A stretch of DNA of 64,000 nucleotides, filler included, from Lenisia limosa (taxonomy: Eukaryota; Protista; Breviatea): the NCBI GenBank assembly GCA_001655205.1. It is 12 parts of 12 records of this genome, joined end to end, with 100 filler letters (N's around TTAATTAATTAA, not from the genome) between each part and the next. Parts side by side here need not be neighbours in the genome. Positions count along the whole stretch, not along the records: positions 5,352 to 27,412 come from LPNZ01008364.1; 11 more parts are not named here. One strand, written 5' to 3'. Below are positions 12,724 to 24,700 of this stretch, one piece after another; within the stretch, counting starts at the first letter, position 1; every line of letters starts with the position of its first letter. The notes beneath the pieces are model-generated. The model saw only the letters and a program-made list of their open reading frames with translations, did not search any database and was not told where the DNA came from. The translations under genes were made by a program, and so were the position numbers.

Positions 12724-15700
12724 CAATTTGGTATTGCATATGGCAGTTTCAAGGTTTCAAGAAGCCCCCCTCCAACTTGTACACAGAACTGGTGACCACA
12801 TGGCAGGGGAATCCTGGTCTAAAGAAGTAAACCCGAAGCAAGTGTCAAGAGGTAAACCCGAAGCAAGTGTAAAGAGGTACACCCGAAAAGTGTAAAGAGG
12901 TAAGCACGAAGCAAGTGTCAAGAGGTAAACACGAAGCAAGTTTAAAGACGTAAACATATCATGGTAAAACTAAAATATAATTTAATCCATGTAATCTATG
13001 TGTGAATATCAAATATCGATATTATATGATATATTACATCATTCATATAAACCTACGAGAAAAAAAATTCAATTTATTACGCATTTATTAATGTCCTCCT
13101 CCCACAGATCCGAATGGTTCGCTACAGATGACACACTCCTCTTGGTCCTCAGCTTTCTCAGGCGCTGTGGAAGTGACACGATGAAAGACGAACACAAAAA
13201 TGTCAACCAGGAACTTGTTTTAAGTAAGAATATGCCCCCCACATTTAGCGCTATTCTGCAGGCCGACAAGATACGACAGAGAGCGTTTGGCCTTATTAGC
13301 CTCACTGGACTCCGCATCATAGTTGAGCTGGTACTGTGCTCGAAGCGTGGTGACCTGGGGAAGTTAATGGGGATAGGGGGAGTAAAATTGGAAAATTTAT
13401 GAAACAAAAAAAAAAACCCCAAATCAACTCTGTTGGTTGGCAACACAGAGGGGNNNNNNNNNNNNNNNNNNNNNNNNNNNNNNNNNNNNNNNNNNNNNNN
13501 NNNNNNNNNNNNNNNNNNNNNNNNNNNNNNNNNNNNNNNNNNNNNNNNNNNNNNNNNNNNNNNNNNNNNNNNNNNNNNNNNNNNNNNNNNNNNNNATATA
13601 TCATATAATTACTCTATCAATGGGAACCTCAAAAATATTCATATTTCTAACATCAATACTATTCAACCCACCTCATTCAAATTGATGTAGAACTCCTCTT
13701 CTAGGATGCGGCCATTTTGGGTTGAAATGCCCAGGGAAGGCTCTGCACCAGGCCACTGTAGAAATTAATACGGAGAAATAATATCTGGCCAAAGCCGTCC
13801 ACATCTTTGGAATACATGGAAAAACTCTCTACTACTCCTATGATATGTAGTCACCAAAACGAACAAATCAGTGACCACCCCACCGATTGTCCAGGTTCCA
13901 ACACAAGTCGGCTTTCAGCTTGAGCCAACTCCTCCCATGAATTGAAAACATTTATCGCAGTGTCAAGGTGTTGTTCCATACTGAGTGGTTACTTCAAAGA
14001 TTATACAACTTAATAAAAGAGAATTAAAAAAAAGCGGATAACGATCTTATATTTTCGAGGATTATCGAGAAATTCAGTCTTTTCTTGAACCGAGAAGCCT
14101 AGGTATCCCAGGAGCAGATCTCGCTCGTACATTTTAAGAGATTGGTAGATCCCTGTTGTTTTTTGTTTTATTTACAAGCTCATCTTTCCATCCCTATGAT
14201 ATTTGAAAATATAAAAAAAAAACTTCAGATATACGATGAAATTAGAGGCGTTGCCGAGAAGGCTGGTTTACAAGTTATGCGTGTGCAAAAAGATGGCGAG
14301 TACCTCTCAAGGCTGTTCTTATGAAAGAATTAGCGAATGATGTAGATTACGATATTGAATTGGGACTCTACGATGCTGTGCTTGGTGATGATGATGATTG
14401 TCCTCCTGTAACTGAGGAAATTGAAAAAGTTGATGGTACAGGTGGTGATGATGATAACGCTCTTGACGAAATTGTTATTTCTATGCTTACTTCTTGTCAG
14501 TCCTTCAATGGGTCTGTTCGTCGGCAAAGATTTTGGAAGAAACTTGTTAAAAATCTCAGCAACCCTGAGTTGAAGAAGAAGGAGGCATTTCTACCAAATA
14601 ATGTCGCCGTCAAACAAGAAAACCTGTAGACGAAAACGAGTTTTTGGCTCGTATACTCATATCTCAAAATCTTAACGGCCTGGNNNNNNNNNNNNNNNNN
14701 NNNNNNNNNNNNNNNNNNNNNNNNNNNNNNNNNNNNNNNNNNNNNNNNNNNNNNNNTAGGTGTTGCAACAAAAGAAGACACCAGTGGGAGTCTTCAATGT
14801 TTTGGAATGGAAAGGTTTAATTTTGCCAAGTGGTGCAATTAATTCCACTTGTCAAGTAGCCATTATGGAGGTGCTTATAGAAATCGCCACTGAGGGAGAC
14901 GTTTGTTATTTTGGGGTTGTCTCTTTCTTATCTACTTCCCCAGGATCACAATGGTGCATTAAAGTACTCTAAAGTTACATTTATTGACCCCATTTCATTC
15001 ATCGTGCATTCGAAGACTACTCACTTAAGAGCTTACACGGTACGGTCTTTCGCATATTGTATCTTTTGAAGGAACATATCTACTCTTCGACCTTATCATC
15101 CCCACACTGTTTGTCTGCTACCACCCTACCTATCTGATAGCTTTAAATACGATATCATATACATACTGCAAGTTTGAGTTCTTGTTTTTGTTGTTCGATT
15201 ACTTTTCAGAGACCTACATCAAAGGATAATGTTATCTTTTGGTTTTGTAATAATATTAATAGCAGCTAACCGAACTTATCATCGAAATGTCATGAATGTC
15301 ACATTGTCTGGGCTGATTACATGGTGTTTTTGTTTTATTGTTATTGTTAATCTGGCTCATTATGCAAACGAAATGACAGCGAGAATGATAATAAACCTTT
15401 GTTGAACTCAACAATTATCTCAATGATCACAACAGTTTTACAAGTCGTGAGGTTCTGGAAACTCACACCGCTGCTGCAGCTTTATCAAAATTACAGGTCA
15501 CAACGTCACACTTAAAGGACTTTTTTGCCACTTGGAAACGTGGACTGACATATCGGAAGAACAAATGTTGACCCAGATATAATCATCAACGCAAGAATGG
15601 AATGGGCTGAGCTCTTGATGGCCAATATTCCTTCCAGCTGACGGATTTAATGTTTCTTCCAGCTTTCCAGTTGTCGTTCCCCTCATTGTTTGCTCATTGT

Positions 15701-18700
15701 AGCATTGCAAGCAGCCGCTGAGCAGCCGTGTTAACCATAACCAGCTAACCAGCCTTCATGATTACTATTTCCAAAATTACAATTGAATGAATGTTATATA
15801 TTGTGATAGTACCGGTTAAATCGTTTTTGACACAATTTGAATAACAAGATGCAATTTTGGGTTTTTCTTCACCTATTATCCTATGACATTATCAATCATT
15901 TTCCAATATCATAGAGGCGGTGTTTGGTGTGTTGCGGTGTATGTTTTCTCCTTGGGAGACAGTTGAGGAGAAGAGTATTCTGAAAACAAACAAGAAGAAA
16001 AAGAAGAAAAAAACTGAATATAAAAAATCTCCCTCACCGGGAATCGAACCCGGGGTGGCTGGGGGCTTTGTTCCGAAGAACTTGAAAGCCAACAGTGTTA
16101 CCGACTACACTATAAGGGAACACATTTACTTAGGAAAAGAATTCATTTCCGTTAGTGAACCAATTTTTGAAAACTTCCGTATTTTTTACGGGCACAAAAA
16201 GTTGTAGCATCTACACATTAACCCTTTCCCTCGATCTCTACAGGCCAATACTGGGCAAAATAGTATTAGAAAACAATACACAGGCTCAGATATTCAAGTA
16301 GCGGAAAGTGCACCTGCGCCACCTGTACCGATACAAGGGAGCTTGTTGCCAAGTGGCCCCAAGCAGCCGACACCACCCCCGGCTGCCCCAGAGGCATCTG
16401 CCGATGCAAGGTTTGCGCAGCCCTCTCCGCAGCCAAACCAAGAGGTCCCCCCCCCCCNNNNNNNNNNNNNNNNNNNNNNNNNNNNNNNNNNNNNNNNNNN
16501 NNNNNNNNNNNNNNNNNNNNNNNNNNNNNNNNNNNNNNNNNNNNNNNNNNNNNNNNNNNNNTAGCCCTCAAAAATGAATGGGTACTACAATACTGAATAT
16601 GGCCACTAATCCTCTGTAGATAACCCGATATTGATAAACATCCCTCGAATAATATAATTGGATGTACAAATGCCTGGCTGGGGGAGATACGCTCAGACTA
16701 AGGAAAACAGCAAAAGAACCAGACTCTCCCCTGAAAACTCCCCCTCACTCCACAAGGCACCCAAGCAGCCCTCGCCACTGGACAGCAAACAAACATTTAA
16801 GCCTTTATCTTCAAGAACAAAGTTCTTTGTACCCCGTTGGCCTCCGCCACTGCCACCATTGCAAGTGCTCCCTGTACCGAATCTGCTGCTATCGTGGCAA
16901 AGCACCCAGCACTGGCATTCCAGCTCATGGGCTGCCTGCAGCGGTTGCACGTTAAACACGTGCAAGGCAGCAGGACCCACCCGCGGACGCAATGCCCCTC
17001 GTGGCTGCCGTAGCCACCCCTATGCAAGGAAGTAGGGAGTCTCGTAATGATATATTCCCCTTCAATTCCCCCCGTATTTTGAACTCACAGGAAAAATTGC
17101 CTTCCAATACTCACGACCCTCCAAACACACGTGGGAAATAATGTACAGATATGTGGCTNNNNNNNNNNNNNNNNNNNNNNNNNNNNNNNNNNNNNNNNNN
17201 NNNNNNNNNNNNNNNNNNNNNNNNNNNNNNNNNNNNNNNNNNNNNNNNNNNNNNNNNCTATTAAGTAAAATAAAAAAAGGAGGGAAAATAATTAAAGAGT
17301 ATTAAACAGAAGTAAAGAAGTGACAATAATTATTATAAGAGAAAAAAAAAACTCGGAGGGTAAATTGTGTTAATTAAAAATCTATCCCCAAACAGGTCGT
17401 ATTCATGACGAAGCGATTGGAAAAGTTCATTGGCTTCAATTTTGACTTCTAAGGACATATTTAAATGGATTTCATTTAGCATAACAATAACCAAACGTAA
17501 AGATCACCTAATACTCTATCTTCCCTACCTGGGACGGGATGGGACTTCAAAATTGTTTCAATGAGGCTTGGCTTACGATTGCTTCTTGAGACAGACGGTT
17601 CAAAACACCAAAGGGTGTTTTCATAGAGTTTGAGCACTGAACTGTTGTTATACAAGCACAGATTTTTCACAATAAATACAGATAACTATAAGATTTTATT
17701 CACTGTGCCCCAAATAATCCGAATTTAGGGACACGTCAAATCTTGGACCTTCAACATAAATGAATCTCTACAACATTATCGGGAGCCATTGTGAAGGATG
17801 TTCCATTTCAACAATTACCTTGTAGAGTGTCATAATCCAAGACACCAACACCCCTCCCCACCAGCTGCTGCCCGACAAGTCAGGCATTTTGAACATTTGT
17901 TTTCTTCTGAGCGACGACACTGGGTTCGCAGAAGTTGCTGGTATGTGAGAGTTGCTTCTTTTTTATGGTGCGTCACTTTTGGTTCTAAAAGACAGAAATC
18001 TCAGTAATAAGGCTAGACCTTGGTTACAGTAAGTTCATAAATTTGTCCATCATCAACGACAACATATTATGTCTTTTGAGTCGACATGATGAAAAATAGT
18101 CATATTGGGTGCGACTTGTCAACCATATGAGTCCAGTTCACAAATAAAAATGACCCAAAAAAGTGAGATGATTTGTTGTTACTACATCACATCTGATATA
18201 GTATATATACTACACATGTAAGTATTAATGTATAAAACAAGACAAAGATGAAAACTAGAGCGTCACTTTTGTTTTTCTAAACAGGAATAAAGTCTCTATG
18301 GAAAAGGTTAGACCTTTTCTCGGCCAGTGTATAGTTTTAACAGACCTCGTGGGGTGAAAGGTCTTTGGTGAGGCTCAAAATGATACGGCAGCACAAGTCC
18401 CGAAGCACAACGATTGCATTACTTACAGTAGCCAGTGCTAATGTAAGTCCTAAGGGTGAGGTTAATCAATGGAGATTGACATATATTTTAAATTCGTTAC
18501 TACTGGCGAAACGAACCGTATGTACAGAACAATCCAAAAACCAAAAAGTCCACATCATCATTAAGAAAATGAACTCACAATATATAACCCCAGTTCACCT
18601 TTTTCGGATATAATCTTGGCTCCACTAGAGAAGAGCCCTCTAGACAATAAAATAATAGAATATACGAAATGTGAGGCCTGATGAATACATAATTTTGTTC

Positions 18701-21700
18701 AAAGAGTACACGGAACTCATTAAAATCGTTAATCTACGATTTTACATTAATCGAATGCATGAAGCGATTATTTAACCCACTTAATCAATTATTTATTCCA
18801 CAAGCGCTTATTTATCTTACATGAAGCGATCGTTAGGACGCGATAGTGCCATGTCTTGAACGTAATTTCTCCACACGTCGTCATCAAGGCCATACTGCCA
18901 ACTTGCAAAGGAGTTCACGTCCAAAACGTCCTGTAGCGGATGACAACCAACAAGCAATACACTACCCTCAGAGAAATAACATTAATGTTTCAAATGATCC
19001 AAAAATGATCACGATAGTATATGCATATAGTATAATGAATTTTTTTTTACATGGTAAGATATACTGTAATGCGTATCAAGATGCACAAAGAGTCAAACCA
19101 ATGTGGATACGAGAAACCAAGGAATTTAGCATACAGAAAGACGGTCATTTGCCTGTTCCTCTGCTGCGGTTGCCTATGCGATGAAAGAGAGAAAAGAAAC
19201 GGAAAATTTTCAAGCGTCTATCAAATTGAATATGCACTACGATACTTGACTGTATATTGCTTATTCAAGCAAAAAAAAAAAAGAGAATGGGTTGCTCGTA
19301 AGTTTCACTTCGATTCGAAAATAGACTGAGTTTCTTGATGAATATCAATATTTATTTTTTTGGTCTTCAAACCAGAATGAAACTCTGCTGAAATATACAG
19401 TTTTTTTAAAGTTCCCCCCAGTTCTCAAAAAAATACTTAAAATAACCACTCTGAACCCACCAGCAAGTCAAGCTCTTCATTGGTAGAGAGACCGAGGAGA
19501 TCACCTGGGGGAGTAAAATTGGAAACTTTATGAAACAAAAAAGCCCAAATCAACTCNNNNNNNNNNNNNNNNNNNNNNNNNNNNNNNNNNNNATTTTATA
19601 GAACTTTAGTAAAACTCACTAAGCAGTTTATTGAAGAATATCCACTAAATAAATATGAAAGTACGTGTACTATATTGCGAGAGGAACTAATATCTAAAAG
19701 GGGAAAAGAAGATATTGCTAATAATTCGTAATTGGAAACAGCAAAGTTAAGGTGGTACTATAGTGTAAGAGTGTTAATCATCCAGTCATGCATTGCGCTC
19801 GCGCCACACCCGTGTACCCTCCAGTCCCCTGGTTACCCGGATTGAAGTCTAGTTCTTGTTTGTATTCTTCGGGTTATGATTCATCTTTATTCCTGATTCT
19901 GTTTGATTGCAATGCCTTCTTCCAAGTCTTCCAAACATCATCACAAAAACTGACATTATTAAGACAAATACGACAAAGGCGCTGGTCGATCCAAGTCCGT
20001 CGAACCGCCTAAACCTCATCAGTCTGTTCAACCACTAGTCAGCGATGGGGCTTGCTGTTCAACTACCAGTCAGCAATGGGGCTTGTTGTTCAACTACCAG
20101 TCAGCAATGGGGCTTGTTGTTCAACTACCAGTCAGCAATGGGGCTTGCTGTTCAACTAATAGTCAGCAATGGGGCTTGTTGTTCAACTACTAGTCAGCAA
20201 TGGGGCTTGTTGTTTTGCTTTCTGTGCTCTGTTCTAACAGTTATACATTCAATATTTCCCATAAAGTTGAAACGTATTTTAAATATCAAGATTACTAACC
20301 TTCATTGGCTGCAAACGTATATTATTGGGTGTTCATATCTTCTTCCACCATCTTCCTCATATTCACTCACTTTCCAAGACAGCAGCATTTGAGACACGCA
20401 GTAAGAGAATGTGGAAACACGCCACTCATTTTCTCCCCTGTGCTCCAATTTGGTGTAAGTGGGTTTTGTCTCATGATGTCTCCGTTGCTTCACATTCTTC
20501 GGTGATTCATAATAGCTCGATTCCAACTCAATGGTAAAGACCCTAAGTCAACTTGGCCTTTCCAAGGAACAACAGACCACCCTTCGTGCCACTTTACCCG
20601 AAATCTGATAATATTCTCTTCGACATGTCCAGAGTCCTTCTTCTGGACAACAATGTCTGTGTTTTTTAGTAACTACTTTGTGAGGAACGCAATCCCTTGT
20701 AAGTTGATGTGTTTTATACAACAACTCGAGTTTCTGACAAGCTGGTTTCTTCGTCAAACCAATTTAAAGGCAGAATGAATGCGGCTGCCAAGCTGCCGTG
20801 GATTCGGTCGCTACTGACTATTTCTTCTCTGCTGGAGAGGAACGAAGTTCTGTTCCCTGGTATGTCAGGGGGGGAAATGTGTGTCACTTGAGCATTTTTG
20901 AATGCGGAAGTCTATGAAACAATATCTCCACTTTCATACTATAATGCTATTGCATGCATATGTTGCTGTTACAATGATAATAGACAATAGTATATTTTAA
21001 CTCATAATCACGTGACATGGTTAGGGTTGAGTCACAACGTTGAACGAAACGTTAAACGAAGATTTTCCCGAGTGTATCAGAGTATCATTGATAATTATCG
21101 GTCAATATCACAGGAGTAGACATGAGGTATCATATTACTGTGTGGAAAATGACAGTTCAGACTTGACAAACCGCCATGTATGTACCGTCAAAGAAAACTC
21201 CGCCATCATTTGCACCGTGCCCATCTTTGCCGGCTGGTATAAGACTGCCAGAGGATGGGATTTCAAGGAAGAAAACGCCAAAGGTACTACCAATGTTCAG
21301 CACTTTGCCGAGTTTGTGATCAACAGACTTCTCGGTGGTAACCAGCCTTTCCCTCCTCACCCAGGCCATTGCCGAAACCAACGCCAACTTTTCCGGTAAT
21401 GACACCGACCTCTCTCCTGCTGAGAAAGAACTTATCGAGCTGTGTTTGCCTCACCCTGGAGACTACATCCGAAACGTCATCGCCGCAACTGAAAGCCGAC
21501 GTCTTCGACAGGCTGAGCGCTCTCAGTCCTAACGTTACTCAAGACGTAGTGCTACAGCTTGGGAGATATCCCCATTCAACTCAGTCCAAGATCGCCTACC
21601 GCCTAGTTTATGTTGTGTAGCACACTGATCTTGTTGCGATGTAGGAATTGTTTTCATGTTACATGGCAACATGGTTTATTCGGGTTGTGTCATGTCGTTG

Positions 21701-24700
21701 ATATGTCCCACCTCACAAAGTTTCAGAATAATTCAAGGAATGAAGGGAGATAATAGAGAGATATAACAGTTTTAAAAATACAAAAGCAAAAACAAATGCT
21801 AAACAAATATTTCATCTGGGCATCCTTTTCTAGACAGACTCTTAAGATTGAACAAAAGCACAAGGCCCTTCCTTTACCTTGGCCGAGAGCAGTGTAGAGA
21901 GGCACCGGGTTGTCGAGTACTTGTTGGGCTGTTTGGGGGGACCTACTGGGGTGAAGGACACATTGACTTCAGCGTAAACAGAGTTGTCAGGGAATAGCGG
22001 AATCGATAAAACTAGTGTGCCAAATTCCACAATTAAATATCTCAATATATTCAAATTGCATTTTACTACAACAAAGAACAACGATTGAATTCAAGCACTC
22101 AATTTGGCTTTTCAAAACGGATTGATAACAGTATAATATTCACCCCTCCAATCAGTCGCTTTACAACTCTGTACATACAAATTTCTACGTCAACAATACG
22201 AGTGAAATCACATTCCAAAAAAACTCTTTTTGTTGATAGTAACCCCTTGGGCTTCATTTCGGTTCGAAAAAAAGGAATTTCTCGAATAATCCTCGAAAAC
22301 TATCGATGTTTTCCCGAACCGAAGAAGCCGTAGTAACCTCGAAATACCTAAACGATGGGTGGGCGAGAAGGAACTTTGCGCTTCGAGGGGCGACTGAGAG
22401 GGCCGATTCAAGCCGGACTTGAGACGAGGAAAAGGATTTCTGCCGAATGAGTGGGTTAAGGACACAATCACACTTGAAACAGTAAACCAGATTCACCAAG
22501 TAGACATGAGGAACAACTGAGAAAGGAGCAGACTGAACAAACACTCTTCAGATCATGATAGGAAATAATATACATATCCATTGGCATATGAATATGTTCT
22601 ATCAAAGGTGAAACTACATGATGTAACAATCTTGTACCCCCCACATTGGCCTCCATCAGAATGGAGTCTCGAATAGCCTTAACTGCGTCTGACATATCAA
22701 CCCCATCGTCCCGGCTGAATGGTGAAATATTCGGTTGAAGAAGCATGTGTTCGTGAAGTCCTCCTGTTTCTGTCGTTTTCTGTGGGAGTTTTCTTTGTGT
22801 ACAATTCCTAGTTTCAATAGGGACTATTAACTGCAAAAACAAAAACAAAAGCTGTATTCAAGGTTGTTGCTTAGAATTTTGATAACAAGACATAGGATAG
22901 AAAGGAAGCCTCAGTAAATCCTTTTAGTGCACCAGCTAATTAAAAGTATCACTCCGTCCCCAATCAAGATAAAAATGTGATCTTACGGTTGGACTTGGAT
23001 TCCCTTCTGTTGGCAGAGGCTCAACGCCTCGCTCAGGTTACTGAGGATATGCAGTCTCTGGAAGTTGTCCAAACGCGCAAGCTGTTCGTGGGACTTTGCA
23101 AGGTCAAGACCTGGACAGGGAATGAAAAACAGTTTTAAATGCAACAGTATGTTTTTCAACAATTGCGTTTTGGGGAAGAGATTAACACTCCACAATCGCA
23201 CTATTCCCATCATTTAGAAGATTAACAATTCTGATGGCTGAATAAAGAGAGTATCTCATCTTGACGGGTTGTATTCTTGTTTATCAGTCACTATACATAA
23301 TTTTCATCATATAATACTCCGCCTCACATTTTCTGTACTGTTTGACTGCAGCCTCTGGGTCCGCCATAATCAGCAGGATAGCAGCGTGAGCGTTTCCGTT
23401 CATCACTGCGAGTCGCAAGGACTCCTCAGCCTCTGTCTAGAAGGGTTGAGTCTTATGGGGGAAAGGAAAAGCGATAAGAAAATTTGTAGATGGCTGACGA
23501 ACGGACAAACCACGTGCTCTGAAATACACACCCCACCTTAGCTCTGTTAATGTAGACTGCCAAAAGCTGGTCCTGCGTCATGGGCTCCTTTGTCATTGAG
23601 GCCATTCGCTTGTCACTCACTGGGGGGGGGGGGGNNNNNNNNNNNNNNNNNNNNNNNNNNNNNNNNNNNNNNNNNNNNNNNNNNNNNNNNNNNNNNNNNN
23701 NNNNNNNNNNNNNNNNNNCATAACACAAATAAACTGTTCAAACCTTGAGCATGGCAACACGCTTGTCTCAGCTTCTTCAGTGGCTCAATCAGGCTTTTGG
23801 CCTGTTGGCTGTAGAGGTTCATAGGCAGCGCCCAGAAATCTGGAGGACAGTGTGAAGGACATGAATCATAAAATAAACACAACAAACAATTTTTCTAATT
23901 ATTTGCATTAAATTGCTCTGATTGATGACAGTATTATATGAGGTTCGACTTTGGAAACAATCTACTCAAGATCAAGATCAACAATCGAAAGAGAATAACC
24001 TGCCATACACCCATCGCGAATGGAATTTCCACCCCATCTTTCTGACCCCCCTCCCATCCCAGATACCCTTAGGCTTAGCTTTCTCTTGAACTTCAGCCTT
24101 CTTGCCAGCATCGGAGTAACCAATCCATTTGTCTGCCGACTTGTTGACCCTGTCATTGAGGGACTCGACTTCGAGTTTATGGTCAATCTGGGCAACAAGA
24201 TGCTGGGCCCTCTGCGGGGTAAAACGGAATTTGAGTGAAGATGAGTGTAAAACGAGGATATCAAAAGTATTGTTTATATTTGTATAAGCGACCTTATCTG
24301 ATACGAAGGAAGGGCATAATAGCATGGATGTAATACGCCTCCCCTGTACCTCCTTGGGGAGAAGGTTCGGAAGTTTGGGCGTTTCTTCAGTGGGTGTTTG
24401 CTGTTCGGATATAACCGGACGTAATGGCACCTCTCCAATGCCAGGGATGAAACGAGTAGGCATCTAAGAGTGGGTTATAAGTTCAACTGTAAATGTTATA
24501 CTAAAATATGCGGGTATGCATTCATCCCTTTCCCACGCTTCATATGAAACAAAGCTGGATTGTTCTTGATGCATGAACAGTCCGCCCACTTGGTTTGGTT
24601 TTAGTAGGGATTTGGCAGATGCAGAGGACGGCGGTAATGAAGGCGGTAATGACGGTTGTGATGGTGGTACTGAAGGAGCAATTGTGGATGGTAGTGATGG

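Noticed and set aside
13100-13150. Degenerate first RING cysteine in SHPRH
   Set aside because: Careful re-reading gives EECVIC, so the C3HC4 RING is intact.
14321-14690. hAT transposase remnant
   Set aside because: There is only a vague resemblance (FNGSVRRQRFWK); no TRWNS or catalytic motifs and no TIRs were found.
20037-20213. 31-bp repeat array as a CRISPR array
   Set aside because: Units are head-to-tail with no unique spacers, the context is a eukaryotic intron, and no cas genes are present.
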